A DNA stretch of 64,000 bases from Acidobacteriota bacterium (lineage in GTDB: Bacteria; Acidobacteriota; UBA6911), in the NCBI GenBank assembly GCA_031271905.1, contig JAISUT010000017.1:17436-81435 (forward strand), written 5' to 3'. Numbering within the stretch: the stretch's first letter is position 1; each line of letters begins with the position of its first letter. Under the pieces are notes generated by a model. That model was not told where the DNA came from. It was given only the letters and a program-made list of their open reading frames with translations, and did not search any database. Both the position numbers and the translations under genes were made by a program. Below are positions 20,723 to 31,026 of this stretch, piece by piece.

Positions 20723-22171
20723 ATGGCGGACAACAAAGACCTCAAGCTCCCTTCCCGCGCGGAGGATTTCTCGGAATGGTACAACACGCTCGTTCTGCGG
20801 GCGGAGCTCGCCGACTACGCGCCGGTGCGCGGCTGCATGATCGTCCGGCCCTACGGCTGGGCGCTGTGGGAGAACATCCAGCAGGCGCTGGACAGACGCT
20901 TTAAGGCGACCGGGCATGTGAACGCGCAGTTCCCGCTTTTGATCCCTCGCAGCTTCATCGAGAAGGAGAAGTCGCACGTCGAGGGCTTTTCGCCGGAGCT
21001 GGCGGTGGTGACCCACGGCGGCGGCCAGGAGCTGGAGGAGCCGCTGGTGGTGCGCCCCACCTCCGAGACCATCATCGGCCACGCCTACTCCAAGTGGATA
21101 CAGTCGTACCGCGACCTGCCGGTGCTGATCAACCAGTGGGCGAACGTCGTGCGCTGGGAGCTGCGCACGCGGCTGTTCCTGCGCACGCTGGAGTTCTTCT
21201 GGCAGGAGGGGCACACCGCGCACGCCACCGCCGAGGAGGCCCAGGAGGAGACGTTGCGCATGATCGAGGTCTACCGCGATTTCGCCGAGAACGAGGCGGC
21301 GGTGCCGGTCATCGTGGGGCGCAAGTCGGAGACCGAGCGCTTCGCGGGGGCGGACGACACCTACACCATCGAGGCGATGATGGGCGACGGCAAGGCGCTG
21401 CAATCGGGCACGTCGCACAATCTGGGGCAGAACTTCGCCAAGGCTTTCGAGATCAAATACCTCGACAAGAACGGCGTCCTGCAGCACTGCTGGACGACCT
21501 CTTGGGGGATTTCCACGCGCTTCGTCGGCGCCATCATCATGACCCACGGCGACGACCAGGGACTCATCCTGCCGCCGCGCCTCGCCCCGCACCAGGTGGT
21601 GATCGTGCCGATCTACAAGACCGACGAGGAGAAGGCGGCGGTGCTGGGGGCGGCGCGGCGACTGCGCGGGCAACTGGCGGCGGCGGAGGTGCGCACGGTG
21701 CTGGACGAGCGCGAGGGCACGAGCCCCGGCTTCAAGTTCAACGACTGGGAGATGCGCGGGGTGCCGTTGCGCATCGAGGTCGGCCCCAAGGACGTCGCCA
21801 AGGGGACGGTGGTGCTGGCGCGGCGCGACAAGCCGGGCAGGGAAGGGAAGTCGTTCGTGCCGCAGGAGGGGCTTGCCGCCGCCGTCACGGAGACGCTGGC
21901 GTCTATCCAGAAGTCGCTCTACGAGCGCGCGCTGGCGTTCCGCGTCGGCAACACCGTCGAGCCGGAGGACTACGGGGAGTTCACTGCGGCCGTGGAGAAG
22001 GGCTTCGCCTACGCCCCTTGGTGCGGTGACGCCGGATGCGAGAAAAGCGTCAAGGAGGACACCAAGGCGACGCTGCGCTGCATCCCGCTCGGGCAATCGG
22101 GCGATGCGGGGACGTGCATCCGTTGCGGCAAGCCCGCCAAGGCGAAGGCGTACTTCGCCAAAGCCTACTGA
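20723..22171 (+). CDS. proS: proline--tRNA ligase, archaeal/eukaryotic-type
   Basis: The start is ATG 20723, giving 482 aa. Class II aaRS motifs are present ([28 protein letters not shown]). The C-terminal Zn-binding-like domain ending in Y is characteristic of archaeal-type ProRS. ORF 20666 is an N-terminal extension. Confidence 0.85.
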   Translation: MADNKDLKLPSRAEDFSEWYNTLVLRAELADYAPVRGCMIVRPYGWALWENIQQALDRRFKATGHVNAQFPLLIPRSFIEKEKSHVEGFSPELAVVTHGGGQELEEPLVVRPTSETIIGHAYSKWIQSYRDLPVLINQWANVVRWELRTRLFLRTLEFFWQEGHTAHATAEEAQEETLRMIEVYRDFAENEAAVPVIVGRKSETERFAGADDTYTIEAMMGDGKALQSGTSHNLGQNFAKAFEIKYLDKNGVLQHCWTTSWGISTRFVGAIIMTHGDDQGLILPPRLAPHQVVIVPIYKTDEEKAAVLGAARRLRGQLAAAEVRTVLDEREGTSPGFKFNDWEMRGVPLRIEVGPKDVAKGTVVLARRDKPGREGKSFVPQEGLAAAVTETLASIQKSLYERALAFRVGNTVEPEDYGEFTAAVEKGFAYAPWCGDAGCEKSVKEDTKATLRCIPLGQSGDAGTCIRCGKPAKAKAYFAKAY

Positions 22172-22280
22172 TCTATGCCGCCCATGTTGGGTTGGGGCTT
22201 GGAACGCGGGATCGACCGCGCCCGGGCGGGGCGCATGACCCGGCACCCGCGTTCCGAATCCCCGTTCGCGAGCGACGCCT

Positions 22281-23207
22281 ATGCCGAACCGCGACACGCC
22301 GACCAAGCTCGTCGAAGCCTGGCTGGAGTTCCACAGCGAGGGGCTCTGCCGGGAGCTTGACGCCGTCTTCGCCTTCGACGGCGCCGGGATGGAGGTCTGG
22401 TGCCGCAGCGAGGAGAACCGCAGTTATAGGAAATTGCAACGGTTGCTCCAGCCGCTGCAATCCGCCTACGGCGTGGAGCTGTACGCGACGATCCCCCCCG
22501 GCCCCGAAAAACTCGACGACGGGCGTGCCGACGACCGGGGCGACCTGCCCCCGAGCCTCTTGGAGAACCGGGAGCTGCGCGCCCACCTGCGCCCCCTGCC
22601 GGGGCTGAACATGACGCAACCGCGCATCTTCGAGGAGGTCGTCATCAACGGGGTGCGCTACGTCCGGGAGCTGGTGATAAGCTCCTCCCTCGGGGGGGCG
22701 CTTTCGCCGGCGCAGGCGGAGCGTGTGCTCCGCGCACGGCTTTTCGCCTACGCCCGTTCGGTCCTGGAGGACGGGCGGATCATGCGGCAATACGCCGAGG
22801 ATCTGTGCGAGCTGGTCCAGACCGCGTTGGAGCCCGCGTTCGACGCGGCGTTGCGGCGGCGCGCCGCGCTGGTCTGCCGGGGGCACGCGAAAGACCTTGC
22901 CAAGAGCGTCGAAGACCTGCGCAAAGACCTGTCCTACGCCTTCCCCAAGCCGAAAGAGGGGGGCGGGAAGCCGTCGGGCGGGGGGGCGTCCCCGCGACCG
23001 TCATCGCCGCCGGAGTACGTCGCAAAGACGGCGGGGATCGCCGTCAAGGCGCGGGAGCTGTCATCGCGCGTCTACAGCTTCGTCTATCCGACGGAGCACA
23101 CGGTGAGCCTCGACGAGCTGCGCCGTCCCGGCTTGGTCGACGCGCTGGAGGCGTTCGAGGCGGAGGCGAGGGATTTCGCCAAGGGGATCGCGACCTTCTC
23201 CCCGTAG
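22281..23207 (+). CDS. hypothetical protein with no recognisable domain
   Basis: 308-aa ORF with coding-like GC3 bias. Helix-rich and Arg/Leu/Ala-rich. No motif I can assign. Confidence 0.4.
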   Translation: MPNRDTPTKLVEAWLEFHSEGLCRELDAVFAFDGAGMEVWCRSEENRSYRKLQRLLQPLQSAYGVELYATIPPGPEKLDDGRADDRGDLPPSLLENRELRAHLRPLPGLNMTQPRIFEEVVINGVRYVRELVISSSLGGALSPAQAERVLRARLFAYARSVLEDGRIMRQYAEDLCELVQTALEPAFDAALRRRAALVCRGHAKDLAKSVEDLRKDLSYAFPKPKEGGGKPSGGGASPRPSSPPEYVAKTAGIAVKARELSSRVYSFVYPTEHTVSLDELRRPGLVDALEAFEAEARDFAKGIATFSP

Positions 23208-23289
23208 CCCCGCCGCGCCTGCGCCCGACCGCGCCTGCGGCGATATCGGCTGGCAACCGCGAGGTGTCTCTGGTAGCATAAGGCTTCCT

Positions 23290-23763
23290 TTGCAAGCGAG
23301 GTGTGACGCGGTGACGGAGAGCAAGATCAAGAAAAGGGTTTGGATACAGGCTTCCACCGAAATCGTGTTCCAGGCGTTGACGCGGGCGAATGCGCTCGAA
23401 GAGTGGTTCTGCGACAAGGCGACCGCCGACGCGCGCGACGGGGGCGAGGTCACGGCGCAGTGGAACGACGGGAAGAGCCGCCGCAAGGGGCGGGCGGTCA
23501 TCACCCGCTTCGTGCCGGGGAGCGCGCTGGAGCTGCACTGGACGGACGACGGGAGCGGCGAAGGATCCGCGCACACCTTGTGCTACGACATCCATCCCAA
23601 ATCCTCCGGCGCGACTGAGCTCGTCATGGTCGATAGCGACGGGGGGGAGGCGGACGAGGGGATGCTCGCCTATCTCGACGAAGGATGGAACGCGGTGCTG
23701 ACGGAGTTGAGGGACTATTGCGAACACAAAGAGCGCGCCGCCAAGAAGCACCGGCGTCCTTGA
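23290..23763 (+). CDS. SRPBCC-superfamily protein (AHSA1/Aha1-like activator of Hsp90 ATPase homolog domain)
   Basis: ~150 aa. The pattern ...VWIQASTEIVFQALTRANALEEWFCD...GGEVTAQW... is typical of Aha1/SRPBCC ligand-binding folds. The start may be a GTG upstream. Confidence 0.55.
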   Translation: MQARCDAVTESKIKKRVWIQASTEIVFQALTRANALEEWFCDKATADARDGGEVTAQWNDGKSRRKGRAVITRFVPGSALELHWTDDGSGEGSAHTLCYDIHPKSSGATELVMVDSDGGEADEGMLAYLDEGWNAVLTELRDYCEHKERAAKKHRRP

Positions 23764-24092
23764 CCGGCGGCCTGTCCCGGGGGACGTCTGCGTCCCATGA
23801 AAGCGGCGGCTTGCCGCCGCACAACCGCGAAGCCCCGACGGGGCTTTTTGCAACCGCCTTGCGGCCCCGAATCTGTCCCCGAAGTCCCCGAAGTGCAGCC
23901 TTGGCCGGATCCCTGTAGTTGCGGAACGGACTGGATGCGGAATAGACCGATGATGTGCGGAAGATGGTGTGCGCCCCGGTGCGGGCACTCCTCGACCAGC
24001 AACCGCCTACGGTTGGAATAATACGAATGGTTAAGGCGGGGCGATCACAGCGTGACCGCCCCGCATCGCGGATGGAGTCGCGTCCCCGCGTC

Positions 24093-24545
24093 CTACTTGA
24101 TGATCTGGAACTTGCCGATAAGCGGCAACGGTTTCATCTTCCCGTTCACGACATTCATGATGCCTATGATCCAGAATACGAGCGCGGCGATGTACAAGAT
24201 CGAGCCGATTCCGCAGGTGACGGTGGCGACTATGGTTATCACGATCTCCAAGAAGAACAGGATCGTCCCCTGGTTGGTGTGGAATTTCACGAACGGCGAC
24301 TTCTTGTGATCCCCGGTGATCAGCGGGATGAAGAAGATGATGTACGCCAGAATCGCCATCGTCTTGTTCTGCGCCACGTCGTTGGGATCGGCTGGAATCT
24401 CGCCATCCTCGCTGGGCGGCGGCGGCGGCGGCGCCTGATATTGCTGCTGGGCTTGCGCCGCAGGCGCGCCCACCGGCTTTCCGCAGGCCGGGCAGAACTG
24501 CACGCCGTCTCTAACTTCCCCCCCACAACTCGCACATATTGCCAT
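24093..24545 (-). CDS. zinc-ribbon membrane protein with a DUF4870-like transmembrane domain
   Basis: An N-terminal CxxC..CxxC zinc ribbon (CASCGGEV...CPACG) and a Pro/Gln-rich linker precede three transmembrane helices carrying the FHTNQG motif typical of DUF4870. Confidence 0.55.
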   Translation of the reverse strand: MAICASCGGEVRDGVQFCPACGKPVGAPAAQAQQQYQAPPPPPPSEDGEIPADPNDVAQNKTMAILAYIIFFIPLITGDHKKSPFVKFHTNQGTILFFLEIVITIVATVTCGIGSILYIAALVFWIIGIMNVVNGKMKPLPLIGKFQIIK

Positions 24546-24573
24546 AGCGGCATCCTCCTTAGAATTGTTTATC

Positions 24574-24694
24574 GGGAACCTGCGAAAAACCCCGACGCTG
24601 CGTTGCGCCTTGATCGAAAATGCTCATTTACCTCAGTAAACTCCGCTTTTCGATCTGCGGCGACGCCTTGTCTGCGAGCTTTTTAGAGGTTCCC
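24574..24694. repeat. long-form copy (~120 bp) of the interspersed palindromic element
   Basis: The sequence gggaacctgcgaaaaaccccgacgctgcgttgcgccttgatcgaaaatgctcatttacctcagtaaactccgcttttcgatctgcggcgacgccttgtctgcgagctttttagaggttccc has the family's inverted termini and its nested internal hairpin. Confidence 0.8.
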
Positions 24695-24781
24695 CGTTGC
24701 CTTTCACCAGCGGCGTCCCTGCCGTTTCCCACATTCCCCGGCGAGACGCGCATCGTACATCCCAAACACGACTAGACGCAA

Positions 24782-25339
24782 CTACTTGTTCAACAGATCG
24801 CCCAATTGCTCGAGCAGCCCGCCCCATCCCCCGAACTGCCCGAGGACCCCTTCGAACATCGTCATGATCGTCATCCAGAAGACGACACCGAACACGATGC
24901 CGATGACCAGCATCACGAGGGTCAGGATCAGGCAGGCGCGCGACAGGTTGCGACGGTTCTGGTTGCCGCTGCCGATCGCCCAGATCAGGCAAAAGATGAG
25001 GCCGACCAGCGGGATGGCCATCACGACCAGCGTCCAGAGCCAGCCCATGGTCGTGACCACCGCATACTGGCCTGCCGGCGGCGGCGGCGCATAACCTTGG
25101 GTGGACAAGGGCTGGGACGCGGGTTGGGGCGCATACTGCGGCGGTGGCGCGGAGACCACGGGCTGTGGCGGCGCAGGCGCTGGCGGTGGGGCGACGGGCG
25201 CTGGTGCCGCCACCGGTGCGGGCGCGGCTTGCGTCGGCGTCGCCACCGCACCCCGGCTTGTGCTGATCGGGGCGCCGCATTGCTCGCAGAACTTCGTGTT
25301 GTCGGGGATGCTTGCTCCGCATCCGGTGCAGAACGCCAT
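24782..25339 (-). CDS. zinc-ribbon membrane protein, paralogous in architecture to the downstream gene
   Basis: The start is set at the Met of MAFCTGCGASIPDNTKFCEQCGAP, a CxxC..CxxC zinc ribbon. A long Pro/Ala-rich linker and then 2-3 transmembrane helices follow. The upstream part of ORF 24782..25468 is probably not translated. Confidence 0.5.
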   Translation of the reverse strand: MAFCTGCGASIPDNTKFCEQCGAPISTSRGAVATPTQAAPAPVAAPAPVAPPPAPAPPQPVVSAPPPQYAPQPASQPLSTQGYAPPPPAGQYAVVTTMGWLWTLVVMAIPLVGLIFCLIWAIGSGNQNRRNLSRACLILTLVMLVIGIVFGVVFWMTIMTMFEGVLGQFGGWGGLLEQLGDLLNK

Positions 25340-25703
25340 ATCGACTCCTGTTTTGCCGCCCTTGCAGGCCGACGCGAACGACTGTCGGTGCTGTTGACGA
25401 CCCTTGTTTGAACGCCTTGCCGCTTTTGCCAAAACCTCGATCCAAAAACCGACGTTTTGCCCCGCCATCCCCGGCCGGTGCGCCCGCCAGTCTACGATCT
25501 ATCAAGCCGACTGTCTTAACGTCAACTTAGGAGGCAACTTACAACACTTCCCCCTCCATGTCAACAAAATTGCATGGGCAAGCGCGAATTAACCGCGCGC
25601 ATCGTCCACCGACGCCCCGGAGGAAAACACGCGGCCCCGCCCGAACGTGCGGCTGTGTTTCGCGTTGTTGTACTTTGCCCGCAGACTGCTATACTACTCG
25701 CCT

Positions 25704-26246
25704 ATGTCTGGAAAAGAGACCTTTCATGGAACGACGATCCTGCTCGTCCAACGCGGTGGCAAGGTGGTGCTCGCCGGCGACGGGCAGGTGACCTTCGGCG
25801 ACACCGTCATCAAGCAGCGCGCCCGCAAGATCAGGCGCGTGTACAATGGCAAGGTGCTCGTCGGCTTCGCCGGCGCCACCGCCGACGCCTTCGCGCTGGT
25901 CGCGCGCCTGGAGACCAAGCTGGAGCAGTTCCAAGGGAACCTGAACCGGGCTGCGGTGGAGCTGGCGCAGGAATGGCGCACCGACCGCGCCCTGCGCCAC
26001 CTGGAGGCGTTCCTGCTGGCGACCGACGGCAAGAACGTCTACATGCTCTCGGGGACGGGGGACGTCATCGAGCCGGACGACGGCCTGCTGGCGGTCGGCT
26101 CGGGCGGCGTCTACGCGCTGGCGGCGGCGCGGGCGCTGATGCGCAACAGCAAGCTCCCCGCCCGCAAGATCGCCGAGGAGTCGCTGAGGATCGCCGGGGA
26201 GATATGCATCTTCACCAACGGCGAGATCACCGTGGACGAGATCTGA
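25704..26246 (+). CDS. hslV: ATP-dependent protease subunit HslV (ClpQ), CodW-type with a short N-terminal propeptide
   Basis: The start is ATG 25704. MSGKETFHG precedes the conserved [23 protein letters not shown] active-site segment, as in B. subtilis CodW (MSSFHATTI...). TTGTAC-16-TATACT lies 8-30 nt upstream. Confidence 0.85.
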   Translation: MSGKETFHGTTILLVQRGGKVVLAGDGQVTFGDTVIKQRARKIRRVYNGKVLVGFAGATADAFALVARLETKLEQFQGNLNRAAVELAQEWRTDRALRHLEAFLLATDGKNVYMLSGTGDVIEPDDGLLAVGSGGVYALAAARALMRNSKLPARKIAEESLRIAGEICIFTNGEITVDEI

Positions 26247-26256
26247 CGGGAGCGAT

Positions 26257-27654
26257 ATGGCAAAGACTTCGCAACGGAAAAAACAGCCGAGGGGGTTGGA
26301 CGAGATGTCCCCCCGCGAGATCGTGGCGGAGCTCGACCGCTACGTCGTCGGGCAGCAGGCCGCCAAGAAGGCGGTCGCCATCGCCCTGCGCAACCGCGTC
26401 CGCCGCAGGCAGCTCGACGAGGAGATGGCGGAGGAGATCGCCCCCAAGAACATCATCATGATGGGGCCCACCGGGGTGGGCAAGACCGAGATCGCCCGCC
26501 GCCTCGCCCGCATGGCGAACTCCCCCTTCCTGAAAATCGAGGCGACCAAGTTCACCGAGATCGGCTACGTGGGGCGCGACGTGGAGTCGATGGTGCGCGA
26601 CCTTGTGGAGATCGCCGTGGACATGGTGCGCGAGGAGAAGCTCCTCGAGGTCGAGGAGAAGGCCGAGTTGAACATGGAGGAGCGGATACTGGACTTGCTC
26701 CTGGCCGCGCTCCCGCACATCCCCGGCGAAGGCGCGGCGACCGACGGCGGTAAGGACTTGGCGCGCGTCGAGGCCTTGCGGGAGAAGCTGCGCAAGCAGC
26801 TCCGCGACGGCAAGCTGGACAAGCGCATCGTGGAGCTGGACGTCCATGAGCACCCCGCGAGCCCGGTCTCGATGCAGTTCTTCGAAGGCGCCAGCATCGA
26901 GGAGTTGCAGTACAGCATGCGCGACTTCTTCGCGGGGATGATGGAGGGCAAGGCGAAGAAACGCCGCATGGCGGTCGAGGACGCCGCCGACTACATCATG
27001 CAGGAGGAGGAGCAGAAGCTCGTGGACATGGAGCAGGTGACCCGCATCGCCATGGACCGGGTGGAGGAGAGCGGCATCATCTTCCTGGACGAGATCGACA
27101 AGATCGCCGGACGCGAGGCGGGGCACGGGCCGGACGTGAGCCGTGAAGGGGTGCAGCGCGACATCCTGCCGATCGTCGAGGGGACCACAGTGGGCACGCG
27201 CTACGGCATGGTGCGCACCGACCACATCCTGTTCATCGCCGCCGGGGCGTTCCACATCGCCAAGCCCACCGACCTGATACCGGAGTTGCAGGGGCGCTTC
27301 CCCATCCGGGTCGAGATGACCGACTTGGGCGAGAACGACTTCGTCCGCATCCTGAAAGAGCCCAAGAACGCGCTGATCAAGCAGTACGTCGCCCTGCTCG
27401 GGACCGAGGGGTTGAAGTTGAAGTTCGACGACGACGCCGTGCGCGAGATCGCCCGTCTGGCGTGCCGCGTCAACGAGAGCGGTGAGAACATCGGCGCGCG
27501 CCGCCTGCATACGATATTTGAAGCGCTCTTGGACGACGTGTCGTTCGAGGGCAGGCAGCGCAAGCCGAAGACGGTCCGCATCACGGCGGACTACGTGCGC
27601 AAGAAGCTCGAAGGCGTCGCCCAGAGCAAGGACTTGAGCCGCTTCATCCTGTAG
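26257..27654 (+). CDS. hslU: ATP-dependent protease ATPase subunit HslU (ClpY)
   Basis: 465 aa. It has a Walker A motif (MMGPTGVGKTEIARRLA), the HslU I-domain, and the Walker B segment IIFLDEIDKIA. Confidence 0.9.
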   Translation: MAKTSQRKKQPRGLDEMSPREIVAELDRYVVGQQAAKKAVAIALRNRVRRRQLDEEMAEEIAPKNIIMMGPTGVGKTEIARRLARMANSPFLKIEATKFTEIGYVGRDVESMVRDLVEIAVDMVREEKLLEVEEKAELNMEERILDLLLAALPHIPGEGAATDGGKDLARVEALREKLRKQLRDGKLDKRIVELDVHEHPASPVSMQFFEGASIEELQYSMRDFFAGMMEGKAKKRRMAVEDAADYIMQEEEQKLVDMEQVTRIAMDRVEESGIIFLDEIDKIAGREAGHGPDVSREGVQRDILPIVEGTTVGTRYGMVRTDHILFIAAGAFHIAKPTDLIPELQGRFPIRVEMTDLGENDFVRILKEPKNALIKQYVALLGTEGLKLKFDDDAVREIARLACRVNESGENIGARRLHTIFEALLDDVSFEGRQRKPKTVRITADYVRKKLEGVAQSKDLSRFIL

Positions 27655-27694
27655 GCGCGGGGGGATTCCCCGGGGCCTGCCACCTGAAACCGCT

Positions 27695-28783
27695 ATGAGG
27701 AAAACGCCGATCCCCGCACCCTCCCCCGTCCCCTTGGCGGCGTTGTGCGCGGCGCTCTGCGCCATGGTCGCGGGGTGCGCCCGCATCGCCGACCCCAAGC
27801 CGCCGGAGGTGCGCGTCCCGGCGGCCGTGGGCGACCTCGCCGCGCGACAGGCGGGCGGCGAGGTCATCCTCACGCTTTCGCCGCCGGGAAAGGGTGCCGC
27901 CGAGGTGCGCGCCTTGGAGGTCTTCCGCCTGACGGAGGATGCGCCGGAAGGCGCGCCCCCGGACGGGGCGCCCGCGCCGCTTGACGAGGGCGAATTCCTG
28001 GAGCGGGCGGAGCGCATCCGCTCCATACCCGCCGCGCGCTTCCCCGAATACCTGCGCGGGGACTCCCTCGTGCTCCGCGACGAGGCGCCGGCGGAGGCCC
28101 TGTCGCCCCCATCCTCCAAGCGGTTGCGTTACGCGGCGGTCTTCGTGGACGGCAGGCGCCGGGCGGCGGGGCTCGGCAACCAGGTCGTCGTCCGCCCGCT
28201 GCCCGTCCCGGACGCCCCCCAGGGGCTTGCGGCGACGGTCGCCGAGGACGGCATCGTCCTCGAATGGCGCCCCCCGGCGGAAGGCGCGGCGCGGGTCGCC
28301 GGCTACAACGTCTATCGCGCGGAGGGCGGCGGCGCGCCTGCGCCGACGCCGCGCAACGCCGCGCCGCTGGCCGCCGCGCAATATCGCGACGGCGACTTCC
28401 AGTTCGGCAAGACCTACCGCTACTCCGTCTCCACCCTCGCCGGCGACCGCGCTGCGACGGTGGAGAGCGCCCCTTCGGAGGAGGTGGCGGTGACGGCGCG
28501 CGACGTGTTCCCGCCCGCGCCGCCGGAGGAGTTCGCGGCGGTCGTCGAGCGGGGGGGCGTCACGTTCCTCTGGGCGCCGTCCCCGTCCCCCGATGTCGCG
28601 GGCTATCGGATATTCCGTAAAAGGAGGGGGGGCGGGGAGAGGGAGCCGTTGCAGCCGGGGCTGCTCGCCGGGCTGAGCTTCAAGCTCGCGGACGCGGCGG
28701 CGGACGCCGGGGGGTGGGACTACGAGATCGAGGCGGTGGACGGGCACGGCAACCCGAGCGCGGCCGTAGCCGCGCGGGAATAG
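27695..28783 (+). CDS. lipoprotein with tandem fibronectin-III-like domains (hypothetical)
   Basis: It has a lipobox (AMVAGCARI) after a signal peptide. Two repeated ~90-aa beta-rich modules follow ([20 protein letters not shown]... / [18 protein letters not shown]...), which is the FN3 pattern. Confidence 0.45.
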   Translation: MRKTPIPAPSPVPLAALCAALCAMVAGCARIADPKPPEVRVPAAVGDLAARQAGGEVILTLSPPGKGAAEVRALEVFRLTEDAPEGAPPDGAPAPLDEGEFLERAERIRSIPAARFPEYLRGDSLVLRDEAPAEALSPPSSKRLRYAAVFVDGRRRAAGLGNQVVVRPLPVPDAPQGLAATVAEDGIVLEWRPPAEGAARVAGYNVYRAEGGGAPAPTPRNAAPLAAAQYRDGDFQFGKTYRYSVSTLAGDRAATVESAPSEEVAVTARDVFPPAPPEEFAAVVERGGVTFLWAPSPSPDVAGYRIFRKRRGGGEREPLQPGLLAGLSFKLADAAADAGGWDYEIEAVDGHGNPSAAVAARE

Positions 28784-28820
28784 CCCGCGAGGGCGACAAA
28801 CAACCTATACGGAGGTGGAG

Positions 28821-29477
28821 ATGAAATTCTTTCTGGACACGGCGAACATCGACGAGATCAGGGACGCGGCGGAATTCGGGCTCATAGACGGCGTGACGAC
28901 CAACCCGTCCCTCATCAGCAAGGAGGGGCGCAGCTTCAAGGAGATCATCCAGGAGATCGCCTCGATCGTGGACGGCCCCATCAGCGCGGAGGTCGTCAGC
29001 ACCGACGCCGGCGGGATGTTGGAGGAGGCGTACGAGCTGGCGAAGATACACGAGAACGTCGTCATCAAGCTCCCCATGGTCAAAGAGGGGATGAAGGCGC
29101 TCAAGCGACTCTCCGCCGACGGCGTCCGCACCAACGTCACGCTCATCTTCAGCCCCAGCCAGGCGCTGGTGGCGGCCAAGCTGGGTGCCACCTACGTCTC
29201 GCCGTTCGTCGGGCGCCTGGACGACGTCAGCCACGTCGGCATGGAGCTGATCGGCGACCTGGTGCGCATCTTCGACAACTACTCCTTCCAGACGCAGATA
29301 CTGGTCGCCAGTTGCCGCAACCCCCTGCACATCCGGGACGCCGCCCTCCTCGGGGCGCACGTCGCGACCATGCCCTACGGGGTGTTGGGGCAACTGTTGA
29401 AGCACCCGCTCACCGACATCGGCCTCGACCGCTTCCTGAAAGACTGGGAGAAGGTCGCCAAGGCCGGGAGGGATTGA
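28821..29477 (+). CDS. transaldolase / fructose-6-phosphate aldolase family protein
   Basis: [32 protein letters not shown] ... VVIKLP ... NVTLIFS shows the FSA/TalC-type short transaldolase signature. The product is 218 aa. Confidence 0.8.
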   Translation: MKFFLDTANIDEIRDAAEFGLIDGVTTNPSLISKEGRSFKEIIQEIASIVDGPISAEVVSTDAGGMLEEAYELAKIHENVVIKLPMVKEGMKALKRLSADGVRTNVTLIFSPSQALVAAKLGATYVSPFVGRLDDVSHVGMELIGDLVRIFDNYSFQTQILVASCRNPLHIRDAALLGAHVATMPYGVLGQLLKHPLTDIGLDRFLKDWEKVAKAGRD

Positions 29478-29489
29478 GGGCGCGCGCCC

Positions 29490-29747
29490 CTACACCACGA
29501 GTTTCAGGCACCTGCCGGTCGCGGCGACCTCCTCCGCGTCCGGCAGGCGTCCGTCCTCGGGGCACACGTCGCGCCGCCGCCCTTCGGGGTGCCGGAACAG
29601 ATGCTGCAACACCCGCTTGCCGGCATTGGTCTCGACCACCTCCTGGGGGACCGGGAGGAAGTAGCCCAGCCCTGAAAAGATCAGGTCTGCGTCGACCTCT
29701 TTCGGGCTGGCGTAAGTCCGTAGCGTGTTGGGGTATTCTGGATTCAT
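29490..29747 (-). CDS. small hypothetical protein (85 aa), start overlapping the stop of the upstream response-regulator gene
   Basis: The ORF MNPEYPNTLRTYASPKEVDADLIF...CPEDGRLPDAEEVAATGRCLKLVV sits in an ATGA overlap with the HD-GYP gene. I recognise no family. Confidence 0.3.
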   Translation of the reverse strand: MNPEYPNTLRTYASPKEVDADLIFSGLGYFLPVPQEVVETNAGKRVLQHLFRHPEGRRRDVCPEDGRLPDAEEVAATGRCLKLVV

Positions 29748-30955
29748 AGTACGAACCTCTCTATCGGTATGGGGTTGCGCCGTCTGGCGGTGCCGGGGGC
29801 TGCGCCGCCCCGCGTCGCCGGGGCGCCGCCCCCGTCCTTTGGAAACAACGGTTGCGCCAGCTTCGCCTTGTGCGAATGGATTTTGCAATATTCCGCGACC
29901 TTGGCGAACTGCGGCGCGAGGTCGGCGAAAAGGTCCACCAGCGCGGGGTCGAAGTGCGTCCCCCTCCCGCCGAGGATGATGCGCTCCGCCTCCGAGGTGG
30001 GCATGGCGGGCTTGTAGGAGCGTGGCGAGATGATGGCGTCGTAAACGTCCGCGATCGCCATCAGCCGCCCCTCCAAGGGGATGTCGCACCCCGCAAGCCC
30101 CCGGGGGTAGCCGGAGCCGTCCCACTTCTCATGATGGGTCCCGGCGAAGATCTTCGCGTGGCGCAGGAAGTCCTTTTCCGAGGTGTTCTGCATGATCGTG
30201 GCGATGGCGTCCTCGCCGAAGGTGGTGTGCCGCTTCATGACGTCGAACTCCTCCGGCGTCAGGCTGCCGGGCTTGTTCAGGATGGCGTCGCTGATGGCGA
30301 TCTTGCCCACGTCGTGCAGTTGCGCCGAGGGGACGATCAGCTCGAGGTCCCAGGCGGAGACGTCCTCCCAGTAGGTCTTCTCGTCCAGGAGCTTGTTGAC
30401 CAGCAGGGTCAGATACTGCTGGATGCGGCCGATGTGCCCGCCGGTGACGTTGTCGCGCACCTCCACCAGCTCCGCCATGGCGTTCAGGATGGCGTTCTGC
30501 AACTCCACCACCTGGACGGTCCGCCTCCAGACGATGTTGCGCAAGTCGTCGTTGTGCTCCGCGAGCTCCTTGCGGCGGCTGTCGAGCAGGAGGATGTTCT
30601 CTATGCGCTTCAACAGGAGCGGGGGGGAGAAGGGCTTGGAGATGTAGTCGGCGGCGCCCAGGGTCAACCCCTTCAACTCGTCCAAGGGCTCGTCCCGGCT
30701 GGTCAGGAATATGACCGGTATCTCGGTCGTGGCGGGGTTCGCCTTCAACCTGCCGATGATCGCGTAACCGTCCATGTCGGGCATCTCGATGTCCAGCAGG
30801 ATCAGATCCGGGGTCATCAGGCGCAACAGCCCGAACAGCTCCTCCCCGGAGGTGATGGGGTAGACGGAGTAGTGGCTCTTGAGGATCTGCTTCCCCGCCG
30901 AAAGGATGGCGAAATTGTCATCCACCAGGATGATGCGCTGATGTAGCGGCTCCAT
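29744..30955 (-). CDS. response regulator with an HD-GYP c-di-GMP phosphodiesterase output domain
   Basis: An N-terminal REC domain (ILLDIEMPDMDGYAI, with the phospho-acceptor Asp context) is followed by an HD-GYP domain (HDVGKIAIS ... HHEKWDGSGYPRGL). Confidence 0.75.
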   Translation of the reverse strand: MEPLHQRIILVDDNFAILSAGKQILKSHYSVYPITSGEELFGLLRLMTPDLILLDIEMPDMDGYAIIGRLKANPATTEIPVIFLTSRDEPLDELKGLTLGAADYISKPFSPPLLLKRIENILLLDSRRKELAEHNDDLRNIVWRRTVQVVELQNAILNAMAELVEVRDNVTGGHIGRIQQYLTLLVNKLLDEKTYWEDVSAWDLELIVPSAQLHDVGKIAISDAILNKPGSLTPEEFDVMKRHTTFGEDAIATIMQNTSEKDFLRHAKIFAGTHHEKWDGSGYPRGLAGCDIPLEGRLMAIADVYDAIISPRSYKPAMPTSEAERIILGGRGTHFDPALVDLFADLAPQFAKVAEYCKIHSHKAKLAQPLFPKDGGGAPATRGGAAPGTARRRNPIPIERFVL

Positions 30956-31026
30956 GATTCACACCCCTGAAGCCCGCGCCCGCCGCGACCGGCGGCGCCC
31001 GGGCCGCAACCCCGAAAACCAGGAAA

